Program-made: the position numbers and the translations under genes
The notes under the pieces: generated by a model
The model's database searches: none
Told to the model about the DNA's origin: nothing
Seen by the model: only the letters and a program-made list of their open reading frames with translations
Shown here: positions 1-7,792 of the stretch, piece after piece
Position numbering within the stretch: position 1 is the first letter of the stretch
How the letters are laid out: every line of letters begins with the position of its first letter
UHGV virus genome: UHGV-0089979
Reading direction: 5' to 3' (one strand)
Source of the DNA: a virus
DNA length: 17,711 bases

Positions 1-49
1 TAAAGCGTGGTGTTGCCCTCCACGCAGTTAACATGACGGGTATTGAAGG

Positions 50-1363
50 CTAACCCACTGATTTTAATAAGTCTCTTGTGTCACTTTGGTGACCATGGGA
101 CATCATTGGGACATAATCTGCCAGCTTCTGATTCAGCATTGCGATCTGTTCTGCATTACTGTCAGTCATCCATGCTCCGTATACATTGAATACCATCTGG
201 GCACTTGCATGGCCCATCTGGCTGGCAATGAAGCTTGGGTTTGCTCCGGCAGATAATGACCAGCACGCATAAGTGTGTCGTGACTGGTATGCTTTCCGGT
301 GCCTGATGCCCGCACGCTTAACGGCTGTTTCCCATGAGTCGCCAATAGAATCTACCTTGTAGATAAAACCGACCTGTTTGCTTTTTCTAACCACCTGGGG
401 GTTAAATACGAAAGTACATTCATGATTCACTGAGCGCCCATATTCACGTAGTTGAACCTTGATGTGGTGCTGCTTACCCAGTCTTGTCATTTCAGCCTGA
501 TTTTTCAGGACACTGATAGCGGGCTGGATAAGATGCACAACCCTGTTTGTACTTGCTTCAGTTTTAGGTAGAGTGAACTCACTGAGTTTCGTATAATTGC
601 GCCTGATAGTAATAGTTCCTGCTTTCAGATCGATATCCTCCCAGGCCAGGGAGACCAGTTCACCGTGACGCATTCCTGTGTACACAGCCAATGACCACAG
701 GTTTTTCGTCTGCTGATGTCGGCAAGCATCTATCAGGCGAATAAATTCGTCACGAGTTAGTGGATCTGGCTCTGCCCTGGCTCTTTTAAGAGGCTTAATT
801 CCCTGGAAGGGATTTGCTTCTAAGTAACCGTGATCTGCAGCAAACTGAAACATTCCAGCGATAGTTGTCATGTAATAATTTACAGTAACGACGCTCCGTC
901 CTTTTGCTGCTGCTTTGTTTTTCGTTGAATTCTGACACCCGGTCAGTAAATCTTTCCTGATATACAGCAATTCCTCTTTGGTTACCGATGACACCAGTCT
1001 GCTGCCTCCAATTTTCGGAACCATCGTTCTTGCAACGGATTCATAGCGATTGAATGCATTTGCAGAGATTTCCATTCGTTTCAGATCCAGCCACTTTTCT
1101 TCAAGTTCCTTCACCGTAATTTCTTTTTTACTTACCCCAAAAGCCTGAAGGTTGGGGGAGTCAGGGAACTGTGCAGCATAATCAAAGCTTCCTGTGCGGA
1201 TGGCAAAACATACCGATGTCCTCAGTTCCCCGGCGATCTTCCTGTTCTTGGCAGTGTCAGGGACACCAAGATTTTCCCTGACACGTTTACCTTTAAAATT
1301 AAACCAGATGCGTAATGTGCCGCCGTGGTTTTCGACGCCTGTTGGATATTTGACTTTATCCAT
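50..1363 (-). CDS. int: Phage tyrosine integrase (437 aa), resembling Rac-prophage IntR-type integrases
   Basis: ATG at 1363 preceded by GGAGGT. N-terminal arm-binding-like region (KYPTGVENHGGTLRIWFNFKGKRVRE) and C-terminal catalytic region (LAVYTGMRHGE...HTYACW...VYGAWM with the terminal tyrosine) are typical of lambdoid integrases. Family resemblance is from memory. Confidence 0.85.
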   Translation of the reverse strand: MDKVKYPTGVENHGGTLRIWFNFKGKRVRENLGVPDTAKNRKIAGELRTSVCFAIRTGSFDYAAQFPDSPNLQAFGVSKKEITVKELEEKWLDLKRMEISANAFNRYESVARTMVPKIGGSRLVSSVTKEELLYIRKDLLTGCQNSTKNKAAAKGRSVVTVNYYMTTIAGMFQFAADHGYLEANPFQGIKPLKRARAEPDPLTRDEFIRLIDACRHQQTKNLWSLAVYTGMRHGELVSLAWEDIDLKAGTITIRRNYTKLSEFTLPKTEASTNRVVHLIQPAISVLKNQAEMTRLGKQHHIKVQLREYGRSVNHECTFVFNPQVVRKSKQVGFIYKVDSIGDSWETAVKRAGIRHRKAYQSRHTYACWSLSAGANPSFIASQMGHASAQMVFNVYGAWMTDSNAEQIAMLNQKLADYVPMMSHGHQSDTRDLLKSVG

Positions 1364-1418
1364 TGATACCTCCAGACGCCCAAGAGCGATACGAGCTTAC
1401 ATATTTCATGATATTAAA

Positions 1419-1655
1419 TCACCTGGGTTGTTTGTTTTTCATTGAGGCGACCCAGGCATCTATTGCTTTTCTGTTATACATACATTCACTGGAAGGCTTT
1501 GGATTACCGTCTGGTGATACGTGAATATACTCTCTTCCAACCATCCAGCATTCTTTCCGGGCCCGAAGAATTGTGCCTGGTTTGAGCCCGGTAATTGCGA
1601 TAAGAACGCTTTCACAAACCCATTCATTGGGAGCCAGTTGAATCACATTGCTCAT
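1419..1655 (-). CDS. Excisionase-like small DNA-binding protein (78 aa), resembling lambdoid-prophage YdaQ-type putative excisionases
   Basis: Sits immediately upstream of int on the same strand; ATG at 1655 preceded by GAGGT; size and position fit xis. Family assignment from memory only. Confidence 0.6.
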   Translation of the reverse strand: MSNVIQLAPNEWVCESVLIAITGLKPGTILRARKECWMVGREYIHVSPDGNPKPSSECMYNRKAIDAWVASMKNKQPR

Positions 1656-1657
1656 AC

Positions 1658-1810
1658 ATTACCTCACACAACACTCAGCCCACGGCAGTGGCACCACACT
1701 TCAAACATTCGTTTCACAATTTCACGACAGTAGAAGCCGTCAACATCTCGCGTCAGGTCATAGCGATTGCCGTAACGCTGGCGCACCCATAGCTCAAACG
1801 CTTTATTCAT
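1658..1810 (-). CDS. Small hypothetical protein (50 aa; MNKAFELWVRQRYGNRYDLTRDVDGFYCREIVKRMFEVWCHCRGLSVV)
   Basis: Not in the ORF track (too short); found by manual translation. ATG at 1810 is preceded by AAGGAAG; its TGA stop (1660-1658) overlaps the xis ribosome-binding site, and it starts 4 nt after the stop of the upstream gene. Confidence 0.35.
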
Positions 1811-1813
1811 TCT

Positions 1814-2056
1814 TTACTTCCTTTTCATGGCCCGTAATTTTTTCAGATGAGCTTCCTGCTCTGTTTCTGCCAGAATTTGTCGGTATTCCTGGTGATCAAT
1901 CCGTTCAAACAGTTCATTGAAATCGTTTATTTTTACTGACTGTGTTCGCCCATCCATTCTTCTGTACAACACAGTGTTGTTTATGCAGCGAACAATTTTT
2001 ACCGGGTAACCGGCATTGTCGGTATACAGTTGTCCCTGATTAATCAAAGCGAACAT
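1814..2056 (-). CDS. Hypothetical protein (80 aa; track ORF 1814-2179 trimmed to the internal ATG)
   Basis: The ATG at 2056 (residue 42 of the track ORF) is preceded by AGGAG at 7-nt spacing; the longer N-terminal extension would overlap the neighbouring ORF. Confidence 0.5.
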   Translation of the reverse strand: MFALINQGQLYTDNAGYPVKIVRCINNTVLYRRMDGRTQSVKINDFNELFERIDHQEYRQILAETEQEAHLKKLRAMKRK

Positions 2057-2087
2057 TTTTTCTCCTGCTCTCTGAATAGCGAGAACT

Positions 2088-2459
2088 TCAGAGCCGTATG
2101 TTTGTAGCGGGTTCAATACTGATAATTTCTGCTGAGATAAGCATCCCGGCAAGCCAGAGCTCTCCGGACAGGTCTTCATCCTGGCATATCAGTTCGCCAA
2201 TATTAATGGTGGCCATGATATCTGTTTCCCCTGTACGCTCATCCTCGACTTCTTCATAAGGCAGCGTTGCGTACAGGCTTTCAATAGCGCAACTGATAAC
2301 ATCGAGTCCGGTCAGGTTGCCACCGACAGTGACTTCGAATGTTTCGCGGTATTCCCATAGCCCGAAAGTTAATCGAACGGTTTGTTTTGCCATGCGTCCG
2401 CATGACGTCAGATTTGGGTCATAGTTCATTATTTGCGGTTGAGTATTATGAGTGTTCAT
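2088..2459 (-). CDS. Hypothetical acidic protein (123 aa)
   Basis: Intact ORF with ATG at 2459, in the early-left leftward gene series. No recognisable motif. Confidence 0.5.
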   Translation of the reverse strand: MNTHNTQPQIMNYDPNLTSCGRMAKQTVRLTFGLWEYRETFEVTVGGNLTGLDVISCAIESLYATLPYEEVEDERTGETDIMATINIGELICQDEDLSGELWLAGMLISAEIISIEPATNIRL

Positions 2460-2500
2460 CTGCTTTTCCCTTAGCCCGACGGTCTGCCGGGCATATTAAG

Positions 2501-2834
2501 TTATTTAACCTGGATAAATGGTGTATTGGCACCACTGGTCATGTATTGCGGCAGCGTGCCGTTCCATTTATTGATGGCTTCCAGCTCCACAACACCGGGG
2601 TTCTGACGCAGAGCTTCACCGCGTAAACGAATAGCATCGGCTTCAGCCTGGGCTTTTGTGCGAATCGCATCAGCCTGTCCAGTAGCGACCAACACCGACC
2701 ACTTCACCGACGCCTTTGTCGTCGTCAAGTTTGTTGACTTTGATGCCCACATTACCAGGCTCAACACGATCACAACCGACAAGGCCAATGGCAGGCAGAA
2801 CAATGGCTAAAGAAAAAATAATTTTTTTCATCAT
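2501..2834 (-). pseudogene. Probable remnant of a lipoprotein gene: signal peptide with lipobox in one frame (54 codons, stop at 2675-2673) and a conserved-looking C-terminal tail in the +1 frame
   Basis: Manual translation from ATG 2834 gives MMKKIIFSLAIVLPAIGLVGCDRVEPGNVGIKVNKLDDDKGVGEVVGVGRYWTG-stop (lipobox LVGC). The track ORF 2501-2803 in another frame continues ...VATGQADAIRTKAQAEADAIRLRGEALRQNPGVVELEAINKWNGTLPQYMTSGANTPFIQVK, which looks like the C-terminus of an SPFH/band-7-type protein. The intervening domain is missing. Confidence 0.4.
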
Positions 2835-3076
2835 TTATCCTTGGTGAAAGAAAGCCCCTTATAAATGGCACAAATGCACGGCGGGGTCAGACACGCCAGA
2901 GCAAAACCAGAAATCACTGCTACCGTATCCTTCATTGATATGAGGGCCGAAACGATTAATCCGTAAATGCATGCGATAATTGCCAGTGATATAACTATTT
3001 TGAAATAAATGTTCCTGGTCCTCCTGATGTATTCGGCTTGCCTTATTTAATTGCGTCATGGTTAATTTCGTTTACG

Positions 3077-3469
3077 TCAGAATGGTTTTGTTGCCATCAG
3101 TTCGTAATATCCGGCGCTCCATGTGTCATATTTTCTGAACCATTTTTCTGTATACTGTTTCCTGGCGATGAGTCTGCGCAGTCGTCTGATTGTTCGCTGG
3201 TGTGCGCGGGTATACTCTGTGGTTGATTCTCCTCGTTTCCATATCTCATTCCCGTTGAAGATAAAACGCTTGTCAGGATGGCGCTGTCGGAATCCTGAAC
3301 GTTCAAAAGCGCGGGTGGTCATAAAGAATGCCAGGTAACGAATTGCCGTTTTTCGGGTGAGGCATTTTTTTGTTCTTCCGTGGCGTGTTACAAAAAATAA
3401 CGGGCCGATGGGTGTATCATGTTTCTGTAATGCCTGGTCAATGGCGCTGGCGGTGCGGTTGTCGATCAT
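3077..3469 (-). CDS. Hypothetical basic protein (130 aa)
   Basis: ATG at 3469 overlaps the stop of the upstream ORF (ATGA). Arg/Lys-rich. No family recognised. Confidence 0.55.
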   Translation of the reverse strand: MIDNRTASAIDQALQKHDTPIGPLFFVTRHGRTKKCLTRKTAIRYLAFFMTTRAFERSGFRQRHPDKRFIFNGNEIWKRGESTTEYTRAHQRTIRRLRRLIARKQYTEKWFRKYDTWSAGYYELMATKPF

Positions 3470-3684
3470 TTCTTTATTTCTCCCGAATAACGTTCATGAC
3501 TCATTACTTCCCAGTTCCGGCCGTCGTCTTTCGATAACAGCCGCCAGCGACGGTTAACCTTCAGACTGAGATATCCGTTGCGCTGTATCCGATGCGGGAA
3601 TATACGTCGGCATCTGTACCGCCGCAGGACCAGCAACGCCTGCTGGTGGACCCACTCAGGAATTCGTGTTGCTGTTAATGTCAC
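3466..3684 (-). CDS. Hypothetical Arg-rich small protein (72 aa, GTG start)
   Basis: The only available start is GTG at 3684. It overlaps the 3' end of the upstream ORF by 29 nt and is coupled (ATGA) to the downstream gene. May be spurious. Confidence 0.3.
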   Translation of the reverse strand: MTLTATRIPEWVHQQALLVLRRYRCRRIFPHRIQRNGYLSLKVNRRWRLLSKDDGRNWEVMSHERYSGEIKK

Positions 3685-3871
3685 TGGTTTCCTCCTGAGC
3701 AGGTGCTGTTATCTGATACCCCGCTCTTTCTGCCAGCCATATGAATGTATCCATGCTGGCAATCAGCTCTCCATCGCGGACTTTGCAGACATCTGTTACC
3801 TGGCCATTTTCAATTGTCATAACGATCTGCACTTTTTCGTGTACAACAGATACAGGGGATAAATTAGCCAT
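3656..3871 (-). CDS. Hypothetical protein (71 aa)
   Basis: ATG at 3871 overlaps the stop of the upstream gene by 1 nt (TGATG); part of the coupled leftward operon. Confidence 0.45.
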   Translation of the reverse strand: MANLSPVSVVHEKVQIVMTIENGQVTDVCKVRDGELIASMDTFIWLAERAGYQITAPAQEETSDINSNTNS

Positions 3872-4230
3872 CAGTTAATTCCTCCGCTGATATATTTTTC
3901 TTTCGCGTAATCAATAACCTCTTGTAAAAGGTTGTCTATAATTAACTTTCCGGTTTCAGCCTGGTATTCAGTATGTTGATTAATCCCGATAGCATTCTGG
4001 TATGCAGTTCGGAATTCTGTTTCACCCTCCACTCGACCCAATTCACCACGGGTAATATCTTCAAAGCGCAACAGCAACTGGGTTATAAACTGTTCTGTTA
4101 TTTCTATGGTCGTAATGTTCCCATCCGGAAGGTCAACAATAAGCAGATCACCACCTGTTTTACGTTTTATTCGATGGAGTGCTGCAACAGCTATACGGCG
4201 ACGATATGTATTAATGGGTTCATGTGTCAT
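3871..4230 (-). CDS. Hypothetical protein (119 aa)
   Basis: ATG at 4230; first gene of a tightly packed leftward series (3077-4230). Confidence 0.55.
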   Translation of the reverse strand: MTHEPINTYRRRIAVAALHRIKRKTGGDLLIVDLPDGNITTIEITEQFITQLLLRFEDITRGELGRVEGETEFRTAYQNAIGINQHTEYQAETGKLIIDNLLQEVIDYAKEKYISGGIN

Positions 4231-4425
4231 TTGTTATTTCTCGTATGCTTTACGCAGAAATAAGCAGGCAATATGCATGTAATTTTCACCGTATTGTGCA
4301 ATAAGGCAGGCGGTCTTGTGTGATGCCATATTCTTTATAAAAGTCATAATAAAGCCTCCTGTGGATTAAGATTGTAACATTCCCCGGCGATAAAACTGCA
4401 ATAAACGTTCAGGGCATATTTATTG

Positions 4426-4791
4426 TTATTGCGCTAATTCTTTTTCGGCAGCAGTTTTTGCATACTCACATGCAAAATTCAGAATTTCGCTGCCGAGTGT
4501 TTTCGTTTCGTGATTACTGGACATATGTAATACCTGTGTTGCATGCAATAAATGATAAACATTTACCGCAAATGAATCAGGCTCCAGACAAATGCCTTCG
4601 TAATTATCTTGCTGTGAGGTTGTTTCTGTCATTGCTTCTGAAGTGCATGCGAGCCTGTTTTTGACAATTCTCTTTCCTCTAATCACTATATCGGCAACAT
4701 CTATTACCTTTACAACCTCCGGGAGAAGTTCCGGGTTTGTATAATCAAAGTCATCAACATGGAGAACAATTATGTTTTCGAACTTTTTCAT
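4426..4791 (-). CDS. Hypothetical protein (121 aa)
   Basis: ATG at 4791 preceded by GAGGAAG; divergent from the plus-strand ORF at 4971. Confidence 0.55.
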   Translation of the reverse strand: MKKFENIIVLHVDDFDYTNPELLPEVVKVIDVADIVIRGKRIVKNRLACTSEAMTETTSQQDNYEGICLEPDSFAVNVYHLLHATQVLHMSSNHETKTLGSEILNFACEYAKTAAEKELAQ

Positions 4792-4970
4792 GGCTTCCTC
4801 AGCTGACTTATATGTCCTGCTATATAGCGAGTCTCAGAAGTGTTTTCATATTGAGACTGTTTCCGCAATGATTGATAATCAGTTACCGGATGCTTATCCG
4901 TGTCCGGCGCACGACCACACGTAGCCGCGTGTTGGTCCCCATTTTCAATTCAGCTCTCAATGGAGGATAA

Positions 4971-5198
4971 ATGATTAACGCAGAGCAACTCGAAAAAGAG
5001 ATTTCAGAACTCAAAAAAGAATTAATTTGGCACAAAGTTGCTATCTCCGCATTAATTCGTCAGGTAGTTTCACCTGAAGATAAAGTAAAGTTTATGAAGC
5101 AGTTCTCATCTTCATCAAAGGAGTTTTTCACTGACGAGGTTCATCCAGAGGCTGGATTTTGGATCCGTCAATTATTTTCGCAAGATAAGCGTAAATAG
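4971..5198 (+). CDS. Hypothetical small protein (75 aa), N-terminal part coiled-coil-like
   Basis: ATG at 4971 preceded by GGAGGATAA. Its 3' end overlaps the convergent ORF 5128-5370 by about 70 nt, so one of the two may be wrong. Confidence 0.4.
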   Translation: MINAEQLEKEISELKKELIWHKVAISALIRQVVSPEDKVKFMKQFSSSSKEFFTDEVHPEAGFWIRQLFSQDKRK

Positions 5199-5370
5199 CG
5201 TCATCAATACTCGCGTCGCTCCTGAATTTAAGAGCGATGCTCTTTATATCCTCTGAAATTATTACCAGATCACCATATGTTATATTTTTATTATTGCGCG
5301 CAGTGCTTTTTTGTATGAAATCAAGCAATTCACCAATGAGACAAATATGGTAAGCATTACAGTTTTTCAT
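5128..5370 (-). CDS. Hypothetical protein (80 aa), second gene of the two-gene operon downstream of cI
   Basis: The ATG at 5370 overlaps the TGA of the upstream HTH gene (ATGA at 5370-5367), indicating translational coupling. Track ORF 5128-5412 trimmed to this ATG. Confidence 0.45.
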   Translation of the reverse strand: MKNCNAYHICLIGELLDFIQKSTARNNKNITYGDLVIISEDIKSIALKFRSDASIDDAIYAYLAKIIDGSKIQPLDEPRQ

Positions 5371-5828
5371 GCGCAGATATCCTTTGCTGCCGTTTCGCCA
5401 GTTAACAGCCACATCGCATCGCAGCCAAGAATATTTGCCAGTGGGATAAGCATACTGATAGTTGGTTCATACTCTCCGCTCTCCCACTGGATGATAATTT
5501 CTTCATCGAGATCGAGCAGCCTGGCGAGTTCGGCGGTTGTTAAGCCGCAGGCTTCGCGTTGGGTGCGAAGGTTAACCAGCCAGCTTTCAGGGAAGGATTG
5601 TTTTTGTTGCGCAGGAGAAGCAGCAGATAGAGCATATTCATGGATAAATTCCATTACCTCAATGCCCAGTTCCTTTGAGCGAGCACAATCCAGAAGATGG
5701 AATGTGCGTACAGCACTTAGCAAATTTGCAATATTTAATGCAAAGGAATCAAGTTCTAAGCCCTTAAGCGTAACACAGCCGCAGTTGATAAAATTAGTTG
5801 TTTCTGGAGTTGCTTTTAGTGTCTTCAT
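5367..5828 (-). CDS. XRE-family helix-turn-helix protein (153 aa from the ATG) with an unassigned N-terminal domain
   Basis: The C-terminal segment LRTQREACGLTTAELARLLDLDEEIIIQWESGEYEPTISMLIPLANILGCDAMWLL is a typical Cro/C1-type HTH. The track start at 5858 is a TTG; the first ATG is at 5828. Driven by its own promoter (5882-5910). Confidence 0.6.
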   Translation of the reverse strand: MKTLKATPETTNFINCGCVTLKGLELDSFALNIANLLSAVRTFHLLDCARSKELGIEVMEFIHEYALSAASPAQQKQSFPESWLVNLRTQREACGLTTAELARLLDLDEEIIIQWESGEYEPTISMLIPLANILGCDAMWLLTGETAAKDICA

Positions 5829-5881
5829 ATATCCGCCAACAATTTTAAATTGAATCAAATCAAGTTATAATTGATGGGGCG

Positions 5882-5910
5882 ATATTATGTTTTGGGAAAT
5901 AGCCTGTCAA
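5882..5910 (-). promoter_or_regulatory. Near-consensus sigma-70 promoter for the two-gene operon 5828-5128 (-35 TTGACA, 17-nt spacer, -10 TAATAT); pL-like by position
   Basis: On the minus strand TTGACA lies at 5910-5905 and TAATAT at 5887-5882 with exactly 17 nt between. An imperfect palindrome ATCAAgttataaTTGAT (5859-5875) sits at the predicted transcription start. Confidence 0.5.
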
Positions 5911-5940
5911 GAAAAAATTGATATCGTATATTTCAGGCAG

Positions 5941-5961
5941 AAAAAAAACGGGCAAAGCCCG
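5941..5961 (-). terminator. Rho-independent terminator just downstream of cI (minus-strand hairpin CGGGC-TTT-GCCCG followed by eight T)
   Basis: Plus strand shows A8 (5941-5948) then cgggc-aaa-gcccg (5949-5961); read on the minus strand this is a GC stem followed by a U8 tract, starting 14 nt after the cI stop codon. Confidence 0.65.
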
Positions 5962-5974
5962 TTAAAATCAAAGA

Positions 5975-6664
5975 CTAACCAAATCTGTTTATGTTGAATG
6001 GTACTGATGAGATCACTTTAGACTGGATATAAAGCAGAGCTAACCCCTCTTTTTCGATGCTCCATGGTTGATAATTGGGGTTATCAGATAACACCATGAT
6101 TTTGCTTCCAATTTTTTGAAGCCTTTTCACGTAGCATTCTCCATCAAAACAAAATGCATAAATACCATCGCCATCAAAATAAGTTACTGTCTTATCAAGA
6201 AAAAGAAGGTCGCCAGGTGAGATTGTGGGAGCCATACTGTCTCCTCTGGCGTTACCTATTTCTATATTTTTGAATGCCCGATTTCCAACAAGACGTCGGG
6301 CATATTCAGGATCAAGTTCTATTGAGCGCACTACATCTATCAAGTCACCACGGACATGAGTTCCATCACCGCAACTAAACTCAACATCAAGGACATTAAA
6401 CACGACGCTATCTGTTCTTGTCTGGTGTTTCTCTTGCGAGGAAAAGGTTGGTGAGGAGTCTTCACCTAAGAACCAGGATTGTGGATAACCGCTAATCTCT
6501 GATAAATGCGCGAGCTTATCACTCCGTGGAAATGTTTTTCCTGTTGTCCAGTACTGCACTGATTGCGCACTCACACCTAACTTGCGGGCCAGTTGAGCCT
6601 GAGTCCATCCTTTTGCTTTCAGCATCGCGGCTATTCGATTTTCCGTGTTTTTGACGTTCTTCAT
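5975..6664 (-). CDS. cI: cI-like prophage repressor: N-terminal XRE HTH plus C-terminal S24 (LexA-like) autopeptidase domain (229 aa from the ATG)
   Basis: HTH segment AAMLKAKGWTQAQLARKLGVSAQSVQYWTTGKTFP; C-terminal GDSM (Ser nucleophile) and a downstream YVKRL (Lys) as in LexA/cI. The track start at 6670 is a TTG; the ATG is at 6664. Divergent from the cro-like gene. Confidence 0.85.
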   Translation of the reverse strand: MKNVKNTENRIAAMLKAKGWTQAQLARKLGVSAQSVQYWTTGKTFPRSDKLAHLSEISGYPQSWFLGEDSSPTFSSQEKHQTRTDSVVFNVLDVEFSCGDGTHVRGDLIDVVRSIELDPEYARRLVGNRAFKNIEIGNARGDSMAPTISPGDLLFLDKTVTYFDGDGIYAFCFDGECYVKRLQKIGSKIMVLSDNPNYQPWSIEKEGLALLYIQSKVISSVPFNINRFG

Positions 6665-6797
6665 GACCAAATCCTGTGGGTTTCTTTACAAGGATAAATC
6701 TTTACTTGATTTTAGTGTATTCGATCCTTTTGTAACTTGCATGTTAATTTAAACTTGATGTATTCTTGATTTATAAAGTTAATATTGGTGCTTTGTT
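6665..6797. promoter_or_regulatory. cI/cro divergent control region (oR/pR/pRM-like) with three copies of a CTTGAT(TT) motif
   Basis: 133-bp AT-rich intergenic region between divergent repressor and cro-like genes. CTTGAT occurs at 6705-6710, 6754-6759 and 6765-6770, and the same motif recurs at the promoter near 5859-5875. Confidence 0.5.
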
Positions 6798-7088
6798 ATG
6801 GAAGGAAATGATTACGACAAACTTCGTGCATTAATTGCGCAAAATGCCATAGCGCGAAATCTTGGTGTGACGCCGCAAGCGGTGAATCAGTGGTTTTCAA
6901 AAAGCACAATTCCTGCTCGTTTCGTTTTACGAGTATGTGAAGTAGTTGCATGGAAGGTTACGCCTCATGGCTTAAGGCCAGATCTTTATCCTCACCCTGA
7001 AGATGGAATTCCTAACTTGTTACGCAAAAGCCTAAATCCAAGTTCACCACACAGAGCGGATGGAATACACGCAGGAGATAAACAATGA
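6798..7088 (+). CDS. Cro-like small DNA-binding regulator (96 aa), resembling YdaS-type Cro proteins of lambdoid prophages
   Basis: Divergent from cI; the motif LGVTPQAVNQW...IPARFVLRVCEV...LRPDLYP resembles the YdaS/Cro-like family (from memory); its stop overlaps the next gene start (ATGA). Confidence 0.7.
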   Translation: MEGNDYDKLRALIAQNAIARNLGVTPQAVNQWFSKSTIPARFVLRVCEVVAWKVTPHGLRPDLYPHPEDGIPNLLRKSLNPSSPHRADGIHAGDKQ

Positions 7089-7792
7089 ACATCGCAATTT
7101 TTAACGGCAAAGTATCCATGACCAGCGTTGAAATTGCAGAGCTGGTGGGTAAACGTCATGACAATGTGAAACGCACTATTGAAACATTAGCCAAAGGTGG
7201 CGTTGTCCGGTCTCCTCAAATTGAGGTTTCCGAAAGAATCAATAACTTAGGTTTTAAAGTTCAATATGAGCATTACCTGTTTGAAGGAGAACAAGGTAAG
7301 CGCGACAGCATCATTGTCGTCGCACAGCTCTGTCCTGAATTCACTGCTCGCCTGGTAGATCGCTGGCGCGAACTGGAAGAACAGATCCGTAAGCCAATGA
7401 GCGAAATCGAAATGGTTGCCGCGATGGCTCTTGAAGCAGTTCGTCAGCAGAAACGGATCACTCAGGTGGAAGAAAAAGTCAGCCACGTTGCCGAAACAGT
7501 TGAGCAAATCAAAAAGGGCACCATTCGTGAGGGCTATGCCGGATATCGCCAACTGAAAGCGAAAACCGGTTTGTCAGATGATAAATGCCGCAATCTGGTG
7601 AACGCTTATCAAATTCCTACAGACACCCATGAGTTCATGACGCCGGACGGATTGTTGTCACGTCGCGCAATTGTTGCTGTGGAACCGTTTATGGCTGCTT
7701 TTTATCGGGTTATGGAGGAAGCAGAACCGCGAGGGACTCGCTGGTATCACCCGAAAATGGGGTTATTTCAGGTTATTGGTTGGCAGCGGTGA
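7085..7792 (+). CDS. Rha-family phage regulatory protein (235 aa)
   Basis: The N-terminus MNIAIFNGKVSMTSVEIAELVGKRHDNVKRTIETL matches the characteristic Rha N-terminal signature (from memory). Confidence 0.7.
   Translation: MNIAIFNGKVSMTSVEIAELVGKRHDNVKRTIETLAKGGVVRSPQIEVSERINNLGFKVQYEHYLFEGEQGKRDSIIVVAQLCPEFTARLVDRWRELEEQIRKPMSEIEMVAAMALEAVRQQKRITQVEEKVSHVAETVEQIKKGTIREGYAGYRQLKAKTGLSDDKCRNLVNAYQIPTDTHEFMTPDGLLSRRAIVAVEPFMAAFYRVMEEAEPRGTRWYHPKMGLFQVIGWQR

Noticed and set aside
1-49. Attachment site or host junction at the left edge
   Set aside because: The integrase 3' end points to the left boundary being at or beyond position 1-49, but with no second copy of a core sequence in the window the att site cannot be defined.
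2859-3059. Track ORF 2859-3059 (66 aa)
   Set aside because: No ribosome-binding site and an unremarkable composition; a different frame over the same DNA (2831-2935) gives a hydrophobic peptide coupled to the lipoprotein start, which seems more plausible. Neither is secure, so it is reported only as a finding.
1194-4664. Assorted overlapping track ORFs in the early-left region (1194-1445, 1521-1733, 1648-1920, 2339-2626, 3038-3226, 3097-3306, 3123-3338, 3357-3557, 3578-3862, 3973-4263, 4458-4664)
   Set aside because: Each is antisense to or out of frame with a leftward gene that has a ribosome-binding site or translational coupling; none has its own convincing start context.
5311-5853. Plus-strand 180-aa ORF antisense to the HTH gene
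   Set aside because: Entirely overlaps the better-supported minus-strand operon (promoter, HTH motif, ATGA coupling); Ser/Ala-rich low-complexity translation typical of an antisense frame.
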